From IMG/VR virus record IMGVR_UViG_3300012013_000859: a stretch of DNA of 64,000 bases; one strand, given 5' to 3'. Shown piece after piece: positions 30,019-40,872 of this stretch. A program made the translations under genes and the position numbers. Origin of the DNA: an uncultured virus (IMG/VR IMGVR_UViG_3300012013_000859) (taxonomy: Duplodnaviria > Heunggongvirae > Uroviricota > Caudoviricetes). Within the stretch, counting starts at the first letter, position 1, and each line of letters opens with the position of its first letter. The notes below the pieces were generated by a model that was not told where the DNA came from, searched no databases, and worked only from the letters and a program-made list of their open reading frames with translations.

Positions 30019-31485
30019 TTAGGTCGAAGGTGGGTAATCAACAGCATATGGTTTGATTGTTTCAATTTTATTTATATATGTATCCTGTGTAAAAATATGT
30101 TTAACAGATGTTATAAAATGCCTACCGATGTTTCTATAATCCCATACACTTTTTAATTCATTTGTTTCTGTTGTAACATCAATAAAATATCCTGATTTTC
30201 TGCTAGTTGATCCCTTGAGAGTAAATATGTTCACTCTATCCATAAATAACATTGTATTGTATTTTTGAATTGTTGTTATTTGATTTGAATGTTCAGCTGG
30301 TCTATCTACCGGTTGATGTTTTGATGATTTATTATTTATCTGCAAATTAGTTAACTTAACAATTGGTATTAATTTCTTGTTTTTAAATAGTTTGTTAAAT
30401 GGATCGATGTATAATCGACTAAATTCAGTTAAAACATCTTCACTAAACCCCTGTCTAATATTTATTGTAAATGCTTTATCAGGTTTAATATCAGATGTTG
30501 TAATAATATTTGTTTGTAGTGCAAGAATATCTTTTGCATTTGAATGATCTGTATAGTGACTTATAATATCAGATAGATCAACGAATGATAACGGGCAAGG
30601 AACCCACTTTAACAGCCCAACGTTTGTGCCACCTGATATATCTGCTTCATTAGCAACTAATTGTTTTAAATTAATTTTTTCAATCACCAAATCATTATTT
30701 TTAGCAAATATATCAGCTAGGGACAATAAATTAAATGTTTTAGTATATCTTTCACAATCTAATATACACCAATCACTATGATTAGCACTTTGATGTTGAT
30801 TTAATATCGAGTTAATTGCGTTCATACTGCTGAATGCACCTTGCGGTATAAACATAATTTCATTTTTACCTGTATCAAAATTATTTGTATCAATTAATGG
30901 GTATGCTTTACCTCGATATGTGTCTCCCAGCACATTATTTAGTATTTTTTTAATTAACTCTCCAGTTAATTCAGTACGGTCTTGATTATTTGCATTTCTA
31001 TCTGTTTTTGATGAAATTTGTACATTTGATTCATTTAAAAGATACCGTTCATACTGAATCATTTGTAATTCAGTGCATGTCAATCCATCAATTTGTACTT
31101 CATTGCACCCAATAACAATAAAAGCAAAATTTAATGCAAACAATTTACGGTTGGCTTCATTTGTGAAGTCAGAGTTATCATCTGACAATGACTGCATTAA
31201 CTCAACATATATAACATCTCTACCGTTACCTAAAAATGTATAATTTATATCAGTACGTTCAAAAACATGCTCATCAGTATTTAATATTAAAACCGCAGAA
31301 TGAAACGGGTTAAAAATATTATCTGATATTGTTAATTGTTTGATTGCTGATCGATTTAACGGTAAAATCTGTTGTTGATCATTAAACAACCACAAATTAA
31401 ATTGGTATTTAAACTCACCAATTTGTATAATATTGTCGCTAGTATTTTGATCATACTCCGAATTTACGGGTTTTGAAGTTGCCAT
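30019..31485 (-). CDS. Baseplate hub protein (gp27-like)
   Basis: LTISDNIFNPFHSAVL; C-terminal LKGSTSRKSGYFI...GRHFITSVKHIF...Y.NKIE. Confidence 0.65.
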   Translation of the reverse strand: MATSKPVNSEYDQNTSDNIIQIGEFKYQFNLWLFNDQQQILPLNRSAIKQLTISDNIFNPFHSAVLILNTDEHVFERTDINYTFLGNGRDVIYVELMQSLSDDNSDFTNEANRKLFALNFAFIVIGCNEVQIDGLTCTELQMIQYERYLLNESNVQISSKTDRNANNQDRTELTGELIKKILNNVLGDTYRGKAYPLIDTNNFDTGKNEIMFIPQGAFSSMNAINSILNQHQSANHSDWCILDCERYTKTFNLLSLADIFAKNNDLVIEKINLKQLVANEADISGGTNVGLLKWVPCPLSFVDLSDIISHYTDHSNAKDILALQTNIITTSDIKPDKAFTINIRQGFSEDVLTEFSRLYIDPFNKLFKNKKLIPIVKLTNLQINNKSSKHQPVDRPAEHSNQITTIQKYNTMLFMDRVNIFTLKGSTSRKSGYFIDVTTETNELKSVWDYRNIGRHFITSVKHIFTQDTYINKIETIKPYAVDYPPST

Positions 31486-31488
31486 ACA

Positions 31489-31875
31489 TTAAATTTGTTC
31501 TTTTATACTATTTAATACATTGGAAACAAAATCAGGTTTAATTACTCTAATAACATCACCAGTTTTTGGTATAATAACCGGATTACGTATATTGTTGCAA
31601 ATTGCAATCAACCACCATAAAAATTGTGTTGTGTAAATTCTATAACTAATTGTAGTCCATGGATATGGCTTATCAATTTTATAATACTCAAAAATATTTG
31701 GGTCAACGTCCGCCGGAATAGATACTTTGTTTAGGATATTATAGAAATAATACTTATTATTGTATTTTTTATCGGTTGATTGCTTGTCTGTTTCAAAAAC
31801 ATGGAAAATATTTTCATATCTTTGTTGAGATATGGTTGGTAATTCTGGAATGTCGTTTTGTGTTAAAATTTTCAT
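31489..31875 (-). CDS. gp53: Baseplate wedge subunit gp53 (LysM-like)
   Basis: PWTTISYRIYTTQFLWWLIAICNNIRNP...GDVIRV. Confidence 0.85.
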   Translation of the reverse strand: MKILTQNDIPELPTISQQRYENIFHVFETDKQSTDKKYNNKYYFYNILNKVSIPADVDPNIFEYYKIDKPYPWTTISYRIYTTQFLWWLIAICNNIRNPVIIPKTGDVIRVIKPDFVSNVLNSIKEQI

Positions 31876-31881
31876 AGTTTA

Positions 31882-33297
31882 TTAATCAGGGAACTTCCTA
31901 TTACCTCGCAATTGATCTGGTGTTGTCATACCACCAGTAAATTTTGTCGGTGGGTTTAAAGTAACTTTACCTACTTCTCCCATTTGTTCAGTAACTTTTT
32001 GTAGTGATATAACAGGCGGTGGTTTAGGTTCATCACTTTGGGGTCCACTAGTCTGCTTTACATATAATTTTATAGGCCCGAAAGTGTCATTATGCCTGCC
32101 AATAATTGGAGAATTATCATTCATTAACATATAATTATTTGCATTTGATGTGAGTGGTTGTAATGTAATTGAAATTAAAAATGCATCTGGAACAACATCA
32201 TATCCAATTATACGTTTGGTACCGACATGTGTAACAGACAATCGACTAATATATGCGTACGGGTAATACGCAACACCCGTTTGATTTACACTGTAAATAG
32301 CTGGTGGATCCACCAACACTTTATTTATTCGGTGTGGTTTGTTCATTAATACAAGCCTGTTAATAAATTCTAAATTTCGTTGATATGCTCCAACATTTAA
32401 TGTATTTAATAGTGGAAATTTAATAGTAATTGAATCTGCGAGGCTGTCAAAATTGTAAAATTTCGGCCTTTCAACATACACCCCTGGTTGAGCTACTTGC
32501 GCTAAGCTTAATGCACTACCAGCTACGTTATCAATTAGATTAGTACTACCTTGAATAAGTTTTTCAATCATATTAGGGTTGTCAGAAATACCTGTTTTAC
32601 TAGCATAATCACTAAAGTCATTAGATACACTTAAAAATTCATTATCAAAATATGGTAATGTGTATTTTATATTGGTTGGTTCAGTTAAATATAATTGACT
32701 ATATGGTTTTAAAAATTCAGACTGCGGGTTACCATTAGGTATATACCCGGTTCCGTATTTACCAAAATATGTGTCAACCATACGTGCAACGTTTTCAACT
32801 TGACCACCAACTTTTCCAACGGTATTGTTTATTACTTCACCAGCTCCAGGTAAAGCTATTGCATTAGCTACAGCAGTTACAATATCTTTAGCGGATCCAG
32901 TTAGTGCACTAGTAATATCACCACCACTAGATATCAATGATCGTAACTTAGACAACATTGTACTAGCTTTAATACGCATTTCCATTAATTCAATCCGAGG
33001 TATACCTTCTTGATTAAGTTCTTCATATCGTTTTTTATTTTCGGAATATGTCCAATCATAATCGTTAATAATATTAATGTTAACTACCGGTATTGGGGTG
33101 TCTTTGTCTTCTGTTACATCTTTAGTTGGTACTGAAGGTTGGATACTGTAAGCAATTGGTATGCCTACTCGTCTTACTGCAGATAGTACACTATTACTGT
33201 AATCCGGTGACCCATTTGGTACCGGTTGACCTGTACCAATTTGGTCTAATTGAGCCGGGGTTAGTTTGCGGCCAGAATATTGTGTAGGTAGTGCCAT
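31882..33297 (-). CDS. Baseplate-tail tube cap-like protein (gp48-like)
   Basis: ITIKFPLLNT...PPAIY...AYISRLSV; lies between tape measure and gp53. Confidence 0.5.
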   Translation of the reverse strand: MALPTQYSGRKLTPAQLDQIGTGQPVPNGSPDYSNSVLSAVRRVGIPIAYSIQPSVPTKDVTEDKDTPIPVVNINIINDYDWTYSENKKRYEELNQEGIPRIELMEMRIKASTMLSKLRSLISSGGDITSALTGSAKDIVTAVANAIALPGAGEVINNTVGKVGGQVENVARMVDTYFGKYGTGYIPNGNPQSEFLKPYSQLYLTEPTNIKYTLPYFDNEFLSVSNDFSDYASKTGISDNPNMIEKLIQGSTNLIDNVAGSALSLAQVAQPGVYVERPKFYNFDSLADSITIKFPLLNTLNVGAYQRNLEFINRLVLMNKPHRINKVLVDPPAIYSVNQTGVAYYPYAYISRLSVTHVGTKRIIGYDVVPDAFLISITLQPLTSNANNYMLMNDNSPIIGRHNDTFGPIKLYVKQTSGPQSDEPKPPPVISLQKVTEQMGEVGKVTLNPPTKFTGGMTTPDQLRGNRKFPD

Positions 33298-33298
33298 A

Positions 33299-35152
33299 TT
33301 ACGCTATACCTCCCATTGTATTAACTACACCGTAAATAGGTAAAACTGCAGACATTTTTGTTGTTGAAACCTCAGCGTTCATATAAGAAGATGATTGATT
33401 ATTTCGTTGTTGACTATTCACCGTAACATTATTTAATGATATATTTTTCAACCCTTCAATAATTCTATCTAATTTAGTACCGTTATTTGAAAGTTCATTT
33501 AATTGTAATTTTGAAACAGTTAAATTATTTTGAGTGATGTCTATCAATTTATTTGTCATTTCATTATATGCAGATGAAATGTTATCATTGTCATCAATAT
33601 CCGGTACATCAGTATCTTTTTCAATATCGTCAAATTCACCTATTTTGTCATTTACTTGTTTTGCTGTATCACGTGTGTTTTTTGCTGCATCATCTACTGC
33701 ATCAGCTGCTCCAGTTATTGTATCAGCAACTTTACCACCAAAAAAACTTCCTGCAATACCACCAATTAGTCCCCCAATAATTGTACCAACTACTGGTACA
33801 ACTGAACCAATAGCAGCGCCAGCAGCCGCCCCAGCTAAAGCACCTCCAGTGGTTCCAGCAGTTCCAGCAATTGCTTGTGTTTGTGTTTGTCCTGAAGATA
33901 TTCTGTCTTGATACTCCATGCCAGCTAAAACCACTGTTCCTGCCGCACCTGCAACTTTACCTGCTGTACGAAGTAAAGTTTTAGCACCGGTTTTAGCCAC
34001 TGCTGTTTCAGCGCCTTGTACAGCAGCACCAGTTCCGGTTTTAGCCACTGCTGTTCCAGCACCTTGTACAGTAGCACCAGCTGTTTTACTGGTTATTTTT
34101 GTTACCGCATCAACCCCCAATTTTCCCGCTTTAAATACCCCCTTACCTAACAACTTTGTTAATTTTAAACCAAGACCTGTTATGCTACCACCAAACAATT
34201 TAAACGCAGTTAATACCACTAATAATGCTCCACTCCATTTAGGACCAATAAAATCTACAAACTTTTCAATATATGGGGTTATGAACTTTATACCCTTCCA
34301 TATTAAACCACCAACAGTTTTAATAAACTCCCATGCTCCTTGTAAAATTTCCATTGCTTTTTTTGGATTTTTTAATATCCATGCACCTATAACCCCTCCA
34401 ATTAAAATTGTTAATGCACTGCCTAACATAGATAAAAACCCACCTTGTTCAGATTTGGTAGGTTCTTTTACCCGATCTACTGGTGTTGTTTTAGGTATAA
34501 TTGATGGTAGATTCTTTACTGGTTGATCAGTTGGACTCAATGTATCGAATTTTTTTTGCTGTTCAATGTACTGTTTATTAAAAATGGTTGTAATTATACC
34601 TACATTTTTATTTAAATTTTCCAATGTAGGATTTTTTACATCAACAGACTTTTTAGGTGGTTCAGTTACTGTAGGATTTTTTACATCAACAGACTTTTTA
34701 GGTGATTCAGTTGCTATAGTAGGTGCATCACTAGACTTTTTAGGTGGTTCAGTTACTGTAGTAGTTTTATTGGGTTTATTTAAATTTTTTAAATTTGTTT
34801 GAAGTGTTGTATTTGTTTTTTGTATAGCAGTTAATTGTTTAGCAGATGCTTTTAAAAATGTCGATATACTTTTATCAAACGATTTAATTAATTCGGAAAA
34901 TTTATTTGTTTTAGTAAAAATTCCAAAAATTTCAGCGTACCTTGTTTTTTCTGATTCAGTTAAATTTTTATTTTCTGATGAATTTTCTTTAGCTCTTGTT
35001 TTTCGGTTTGTGTCTTCAGTATCTTGCGCTTTAGTGTAATTTCTACCACCGATATTATCAAGCATTATGCCTGTTTGAGCAGATAAATCAACAACCGCTT
35101 TATTAAGCGTTTGTAAAAATATAACAACATTTGATTGTAAAACATCAACCAT
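33299..35152 (-). CDS. Tape measure protein
   Basis: Helical, with hydrophobic segments and glycine-zipper GALAGAAAGAAIGSVVPVVGTIIGGLIGG; follows gp26-like genes. Confidence 0.75.
   Translation of the reverse strand: MVDVLQSNVVIFLQTLNKAVVDLSAQTGIMLDNIGGRNYTKAQDTEDTNRKTRAKENSSENKNLTESEKTRYAEIFGIFTKTNKFSELIKSFDKSISTFLKASAKQLTAIQKTNTTLQTNLKNLNKPNKTTTVTEPPKKSSDAPTIATESPKKSVDVKNPTVTEPPKKSVDVKNPTLENLNKNVGIITTIFNKQYIEQQKKFDTLSPTDQPVKNLPSIIPKTTPVDRVKEPTKSEQGGFLSMLGSALTILIGGVIGAWILKNPKKAMEILQGAWEFIKTVGGLIWKGIKFITPYIEKFVDFIGPKWSGALLVVLTAFKLFGGSITGLGLKLTKLLGKGVFKAGKLGVDAVTKITSKTAGATVQGAGTAVAKTGTGAAVQGAETAVAKTGAKTLLRTAGKVAGAAGTVVLAGMEYQDRISSGQTQTQAIAGTAGTTGGALAGAAAGAAIGSVVPVVGTIIGGLIGGIAGSFFGGKVADTITGAADAVDDAAKNTRDTAKQVNDKIGEFDDIEKDTDVPDIDDNDNISSAYNEMTNKLIDITQNNLTVSKLQLNELSNNGTKLDRIIEGLKNISLNNVTVNSQQRNNQSSSYMNAEVSTTKMSAVLPIYGVVNTMGGIA
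33987..34080. repeat. Two ~46-bp repeats at 48-bp period in the tape measure gene (VQGAxTAVAKTG)
   Basis: ccggttttagccactgctgtt...ccttgtacag.agcaccag occurs twice. Confidence 0.85.
34625..34761. repeat. Roughly three 45-bp repeats in the tape measure gene (VTEPPKKSVDVKNPT)
   Basis: tgtaggattttttacatcaacagactttttaggtg at 34625 and 34670; a partial third copy at 34733-34761. Confidence 0.85.
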
Positions 35153-35177
35153 ATATGTTATTATTTAATAAAAGTTG

Positions 35178-35912
35178 TTATTCTTTAGTAAAGAATTGTG
35201 TATCAATACTTAGTTCAACACCGTTAATTGTTAAATATTGTGTTTCTGCTACTCTAAAACTTGATATGTAATCAAGAATTAATTGATTCAATTGAACTGG
35301 AAGTCGTTCAACAATTTGATATTTTTCTTTATTGTTAATTGTATCAAACTCAATTGTTTCTGAATTAATTGTTATTGACTGAATAAACTTAGTAATCTCA
35401 AATACATACAACTCACTTGCAATATCACTTATTTGTGCGTTATTATTGTTTTTATATGTTTGTACCAATGAATTATTAACCTGTGAGTCAGTTTCTAATG
35501 TCGGAATTTTAAGTTCCACAGCAAAAACATCTTTGTATTTTACAGTTTCAGTTAATTTGTTTTTAAAAGTTAATTTATTACTTAAAATAATTGATAATTC
35601 AACGTCTTGTTCATTTACTTTATATGTTGATCCAAATGCTTGAACTCGTAATGCAACAATAATAGGTAATTTATCAATTACGAGCAATTGATGCTTGTCT
35701 ATATTATTTTCTATAATAATATTATTAATGGTATTATTGATATAAATACCGGCTAAACTACCATCTAAACTTGACTTGATTAAATCCTTTTGTTGTTTTA
35801 CTGATAACGGTAAAAACTTTACGGTACCACTCAGTGATGGGACATCAACATCTATAATATTTTCTTTATTTAATGTTTGTATTTTTGTTAAGAAAGTATT
35901 GATGTTGGACAT
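35178..35912 (-). CDS. gp26: Baseplate hub assembly protein gp26
   Basis: VPSLSGTVKFLPLSVKQQKDLI, DKLPIIVALR..AFG, ELKIPTL. Confidence 0.75.
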   Translation of the reverse strand: MSNINTFLTKIQTLNKENIIDVDVPSLSGTVKFLPLSVKQQKDLIKSSLDGSLAGIYINNTINNIIIENNIDKHQLLVIDKLPIIVALRVQAFGSTYKVNEQDVELSIILSNKLTFKNKLTETVKYKDVFAVELKIPTLETDSQVNNSLVQTYKNNNNAQISDIASELYVFEITKFIQSITINSETIEFDTINNKEKYQIVERLPVQLNQLILDYISSFRVAETQYLTINGVELSIDTQFFTKE

Positions 35913-35939
35913 AAAGTTATTTATTATTGATGATACAAA

Positions 35940-36791
35940 TTACAACTGCGGTATATTTTCGGTGAGGTTCTCAGGGGACTGATTTTGTTTTTTCCTATTT
36001 TCATCAAATAATGTAATATACATATAACTTTCAGCTGGTGTTTGATTGATTATACTATTATAATCAAATTTTAATAGATTTATCATATTAAAGTAAAGTT
36101 GGTACACATCATATAATTTTTCTGAAAATATATTTTTGATAAAGTAACACATATTATTATTAAATGGGTTCATTGATATTTTTTCTGTATTAATTTTATC
36201 AATTTTATGCATTATATTAAATTTGTCTCCTTGTTCACTCATTGTATTAATATATTCTATTATTTTTTGTGTTTTATTTGCAGGAATAATTTTTAAAATT
36301 TCAGTTTTTTGTTCAATTGTGTCCATATAATATGTTTCATTATTATCTACAATTTTATCAATAACTTGAGTCATAACTGAATCAAATCCCGTCAAATATA
36401 ACATTTTTGGTATGTTTAATACCAGTTGATACATATTATCTATTGATATTAATTGCTCAAAATTAGATATAGGGTTTGTATATTTGTTTATGATGGTATG
36501 CAAATGTACACTTAATGTGCTTTGATTTGAAATGGAATTAAATTTAATTTCATTGCCTATACAAATAGACCGTATGTTTAATAACATTAAAAATTTATCA
36601 ACATTATATAATTTTGTGTAAACTGTTTTATCAATTAATAATTCTTGAATTAGTTGTTCAAAATAATCAAATAGTCCAGTATCATCTGAATTTGTAATAA
36701 ACTTATTAATTATCAACATGTGTCGATTTAAAAGTTCAGAGTATCTTACATTTCCATCAAAAACTGGCAAATATTGATTAATAGTGAACAC
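35940..36791 (-). CDS. gp26-like protein fused to a gp51-like C-terminus
   Basis: VDKFLMLLNIRSICIGNEI (gp26-like) plus YQLYFNMINLLKFDYNSIINQTPAESYMYI (gp51-like); GTG start. Confidence 0.6.
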   Translation of the reverse strand: MFTINQYLPVFDGNVRYSELLNRHMLIINKFITNSDDTGLFDYFEQLIQELLIDKTVYTKLYNVDKFLMLLNIRSICIGNEIKFNSISNQSTLSVHLHTIINKYTNPISNFEQLISIDNMYQLVLNIPKMLYLTGFDSVMTQVIDKIVDNNETYYMDTIEQKTEILKIIPANKTQKIIEYINTMSEQGDKFNIMHKIDKINTEKISMNPFNNNMCYFIKNIFSEKLYDVYQLYFNMINLLKFDYNSIINQTPAESYMYITLFDENRKKQNQSPENLTENIPQL

Positions 36792-36795
36792 TGTT

Positions 36796-37479
36796 TTAAC
36801 CTGTTATTGGTTGTACTAATTTATATTGATAGTTCGTAAATGTCCAGTTAATTGTTCTAATTAAAACATCTTCAGAAACATAATTTAACGATAATGGTTC
36901 AATATTATGTGGTACACAATTGAAAAATTCGTGTATTTTTCGTTGAGGCCTTGCTTTTGAACCATTGGATCGAGTATATTGCACAATTTGAATATTTGCT
37001 TTGATAGAATATTGTGGTGGTCTAGCTAATAATCCAAGGTAACTTGCTGTAATTATCCATGGACGTATAATTCCATCAATAAAATCTAAATTAGTTTCAA
37101 GAAATTCGATACCAAGTGTTCGACTATTGCCACTTAATCTGTCCCCTCCAGCGTTACCTTTGATGAACCCTCCCATTCCATCGGTTCCTGCGTCAGTTGG
37201 TGAAAAATTTTCACCGGGGATGCTTGCTTTTTGTACACAAAATAATCCCAACCCGTCTTGGTTTGGTTGTGTCTGTTCATTGAATAATAAATTTTGAATA
37301 TCTTGATCAGTTACAAAAGTAGATTTGTCTAATATTGTATTACTGCCTATATTTCTTAGTAATGTTTCTTTATTCAACCCGTTGATAGGAGTAATCTGTG
37401 CAATCCATTGGGTTTGCAATGGTACACTATGTTCCCATTTACTTAATGTTTGTAAAAATTGTTCTCTTGAAGATGCCAC
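36796..37479 (-). CDS. Tail tube-fold protein (gp54-like initiator)
   Basis: VQKASIPG, LGIEFLE, IQIVQY, FFNCVP..I..L.Y; GTG start. Confidence 0.6.
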   Translation of the reverse strand: MASSREQFLQTLSKWEHSVPLQTQWIAQITPINGLNKETLLRNIGSNTILDKSTFVTDQDIQNLLFNEQTQPNQDGLGLFCVQKASIPGENFSPTDAGTDGMGGFIKGNAGGDRLSGNSRTLGIEFLETNLDFIDGIIRPWIITASYLGLLARPPQYSIKANIQIVQYTRSNGSKARPQRKIHEFFNCVPHNIEPLSLNYVSEDVLIRTINWTFTNYQYKLVQPITG

Positions 37480-37506
37480 GTAATTATTTAATAAGTGGCA
37501 TTAGAT

Positions 37507-38070
37507 TTACGCTGGGATTGGTGGAGGATTTGATGTACGCTCGTAGAAATGATATGCAACTGTAGTGTCAAATGTTACAATTGAACCTGTTCCTTCTGCC
37601 ATTGTGTAATTTAATGGTCCCACTGAACGAATTGAACAACCAATCAATTTATATTCCGCAACAGGGTTAAGTCTAGGGTCTAATTGAACTAATGTAATAA
37701 CTGAGTTACGAGTTGGTGTTTGATAATAACCTGTACTTGTTCTATCATCAAATGTCAAAAATGATAAATTTTCAAATTTTTGACGTATGCTAGAATTCTC
37801 ATCACAATAAAATGTCAGTGAGTATGCATTACTATTTGTATAAGTCATTGCTCCAGGCAAGTTGAATGTAAGTCCCATGTACTTAGCTTCAACATTTCCA
37901 ATTTCACGCCCTGGTAAAACTGCTGTTTTAGCGTAAATCAGTTCCGATTCATCAAAACTGATCGGTGGTTGTACATCACCAAAATCCATACCAATCAACC
38001 GAAATAAGAAATCTCTGGTAAATTGACGTTCTTGTATTGTTTGGAAAAAGTCTCTAATAGTCTGTGACAT
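37507..38070 (-). CDS. gp19: Tail tube protein gp19
   Basis: AKTAVLPG..IG.VE..YMG....PG, LTFYCDE...IRQKFE, VQLD, TFDTTVAY. Confidence 0.8.
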   Translation of the reverse strand: MSQTIRDFFQTIQERQFTRDFLFRLIGMDFGDVQPPISFDESELIYAKTAVLPGREIGNVEAKYMGLTFNLPGAMTYTNSNAYSLTFYCDENSSIRQKFENLSFLTFDDRTSTGYYQTPTRNSVITLVQLDPRLNPVAEYKLIGCSIRSVGPLNYTMAEGTGSIVTFDTTVAYHFYERTSNPPPIPA

Positions 38071-38129
38071 AATGAAATTATTTATTCTTTCCAGTAAATA
38101 ATTTCAGTTATTTTACACATAAAAGTGTA

Positions 38130-39782
38130 CTATGATTCACATGACGTGCAATTTAATATGCTTCGAGCCAACTCTTGTGATGGATTAGCTGATCTCTGAT
38201 AGTATAGACTCTTGATCCCTTGTTCCCAAGCAAATATCATAAGCTCGTTGACGTCTTTAGGTTTTGTGTTAGGAGGAATTTTAATATTCAATGATTGCCC
38301 TTGATCAATATATTTTTGTCTTTGCGCAGCTTGAATAATAACTTCTTTTTGTGAAACTTCACCAAACGTCTTGAACACAGCTTTTTCAGCATCAGTAAGA
38401 AAATTCAAATGTTGGACTGACCCACCTTTTACTAATATAGATTTCCATACCTCATCAGTATCTTTATCTTTTAACTTTAAAAGTTCCTTTAAATATGTAT
38501 TCTTAAATGTAAACTTTCCTTTTGCAAGATCTTTAGTAAAGTAATTACTATCTAATGGTTCTATACTCGGAGATGCTTGACCAATAATAAATGAACTTGA
38601 TGTTGTGGGTGCAATTGCAAGCAAGGTGGTGTTTCTCCTACCATACCCTTTCAATAATGGTGGCTCACCTAACAATTTAGCCAATTCAACAGATGCTTGA
38701 TTAGATTTTTCCTTGATAAATTTCCAAATTTCAGCATTTAATAATTTTGATTCAAATGATTCAAATGCCACCATCTTAGATTGTAATAAACTGTGCCATC
38801 CAAATACACCAACACCTAATGCACGCTGGTTGATTGCAAATTTACGTGGTGCTTCCATGAATTTAACATTTTCAGTTTTGTTGATAAATTCTGTCATTAC
38901 TGCATCAAGAAAATATACTAACGTTTCAACTGCATCTGTGTCTTTCCATGTATCCCATGTAACTAAGTTGAGTGATGATAAGTCACATACAAATGATTCA
39001 TCAATTCCATTACTAAGAAATATTTCTGTACAAAGATTTGTATGATTAATTTTCAATCCTTTATCTTTATAAACATCTGGTGCTGAATTATTTACGGTAT
39101 CACTAAAAAATACGTAAGGGTAACCAGATTCAAATCGTTTTTGTATAACTTTACCCCAAACTTTTCGTTTTGGTTTATCACCACCTAACATAGATTTCAT
39201 CCACTCATCAGTTACACAAACACCTATAGAAATATCTTGAATACTGTTTCCTTCAGATTTGATCTTAAGGAACTCTTCAATATCAGCATGATCAATAGGT
39301 AAATATGCAGCAAATGAACCACGTCTGACGTTTCCTTGCGAAACCACACCCATTAGTTCATCAAACAATTCCATGAAACAAACAGATCCGGTTGATGTAC
39401 CACCAGATGAAATTGCAGTTCCTCTACCACGTACATCACCGAAATATGCAGAGGTTCCTCCCCCATTAGCAGTCATCATTCCTACCTCAGCTACTTTTTC
39501 CAATATACCAACAATCGTATCTGGAACATAAGAACCGAAACATGAAATCGGTAATCCACGTTGCCTACCAAAATTAGACCAAATCGGTGAACTTAAACTA
39601 TAGAACCCTTGAGCCATATACCCTTGAAATTTATCAGCAAATCCTTTTATATTGAGTATTTTTTCTGCTGAATTAGCAATATCTTTGATACGTTGCTCAG
39701 GTGTTTCTTGATCAATTAAATATCCGCGCTCTAAAAACTTGCGTGAATCTTTATTTAACCAATAATAATTAGGTTTTTCCAT
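38130..39782 (-). CDS. nrdA: Ribonucleotide reductase class I alpha subunit (short, no ATP cone)
   Basis: ISCF, QGNVRRG, TNLCTEI, IAPTTSS, IDQGQSLN, KSLYY and C-terminal CTSCES. Confidence 0.97.
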   Translation of the reverse strand: MEKPNYYWLNKDSRKFLERGYLIDQETPEQRIKDIANSAEKILNIKGFADKFQGYMAQGFYSLSSPIWSNFGRQRGLPISCFGSYVPDTIVGILEKVAEVGMMTANGGGTSAYFGDVRGRGTAISSGGTSTGSVCFMELFDELMGVVSQGNVRRGSFAAYLPIDHADIEEFLKIKSEGNSIQDISIGVCVTDEWMKSMLGGDKPKRKVWGKVIQKRFESGYPYVFFSDTVNNSAPDVYKDKGLKINHTNLCTEIFLSNGIDESFVCDLSSLNLVTWDTWKDTDAVETLVYFLDAVMTEFINKTENVKFMEAPRKFAINQRALGVGVFGWHSLLQSKMVAFESFESKLLNAEIWKFIKEKSNQASVELAKLLGEPPLLKGYGRRNTTLLAIAPTTSSSFIIGQASPSIEPLDSNYFTKDLAKGKFTFKNTYLKELLKLKDKDTDEVWKSILVKGGSVQHLNFLTDAEKAVFKTFGEVSQKEVIIQAAQRQKYIDQGQSLNIKIPPNTKPKDVNELMIFAWEQGIKSLYYQRSANPSQELARSILNCTSCES

Positions 39783-39806
39783 ACGTTATTTTAATATAAA
39801 TTTTCG

Positions 39807-40778
39807 TTAAAACAAGTCTTCTTCTGAAAAAGATTGCCCCTTTTTACTGTATTCTACAGGTTTACCATGGAAAAAATCTGTTAAATTATTTCCCAATAAC
39901 TCCTCTTCAAACCACATTGTAGGTAATAATATTTTACTGTCCACTTCGAACAATTTCTTAAACCCAATCATTTCTAAAGATTGATTAATTCTATTTTTTA
40001 CGAATTCTTTGAGAGTTGTTGCATCCAACCCTTCTTCATTGATACCATTTACCATCCAATCAATAATTTTTGATTCCGCAATAAATGCTTCTTGTGCTTC
40101 TTCCATAACACGTTGTTCTAAATCACTATCAAACAATTCAGGGTACTCTTCTTTGATAGTGTTGATAATTTTAGCACCAACTATAGCATGAATATTTTCT
40201 TCATTACGGGTATATTTTACTTGCTGGTCTGTATCTTTTAATACATTTTTGAACCTTGCAAACCAATTAATTACATAAAATTGTGAAAATAATGAAACGT
40301 TTTCTACAAATAATGTGAATAAAATTATTGCATACAAATACTGCTTTTTGTAATCTTTATAATATCTGTGTGTGTATTTTTTAAGATATTTTACACGTCC
40401 TTGAATCCATTCTAATTTAAGATTATCTTCAAACACATTTTCTAATCCTAATACAGATATTAACCTTTCATATGCATTGTTATGTATAACTTCAACATTT
40501 GCCATAACATATCCTAAATCAGCTAAAGATGGGTGCGGTAGGTTTTCACCAAGTTTTGCCCAGAACGTTTTTACTGCTACTTCAATTTGTCCAATAGCAG
40601 ATAATGTACGGATAATAATCTCTCTTTCTTGTTCCGTTAGAACAACTTTAAATTGTTGTACATCGGATTTGAATGAGAATTCTTTGTCTGTCCAAAACCC
40701 ATTGTGCATTGCCTCAATAAATGTATCTGTCCATGGATATAAATTGGGTTTTCTTGATATTTGCTCGTCGAAAATCAT
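39807..40778 (-). CDS. nrdB: Ribonucleotide reductase class I beta subunit
   Basis: FW..E, EVIHNNAY, VENVSLFSQF, EENIH, DFF..KPVEY. Confidence 0.97.
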   Translation of the reverse strand: MIFDEQISRKPNLYPWTDTFIEAMHNGFWTDKEFSFKSDVQQFKVVLTEQEREIIIRTLSAIGQIEVAVKTFWAKLGENLPHPSLADLGYVMANVEVIHNNAYERLISVLGLENVFEDNLKLEWIQGRVKYLKKYTHRYYKDYKKQYLYAIILFTLFVENVSLFSQFYVINWFARFKNVLKDTDQQVKYTRNEENIHAIVGAKIINTIKEEYPELFDSDLEQRVMEEAQEAFIAESKIIDWMVNGINEEGLDATTLKEFVKNRINQSLEMIGFKKLFEVDSKILLPTMWFEEELLGNNLTDFFHGKPVEYSKKGQSFSEEDLF

Positions 40779-40872
40779 AATACTCTTCTTTTTTTATTTA
40801 TGTTGTTTTTATTGTATGTAGGTTTGTTTGATTGAAATACTTTTAGTATGTAACTACCTGATAATTATATGT

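Noticed and set aside
33534..34802. Long antisense ORFs in the track (also 22140, 38713, 47834, 63130 and similar)
   Set aside because: Shadows of well-supported minus-strand genes, without their own promoters or recognisable motifs.
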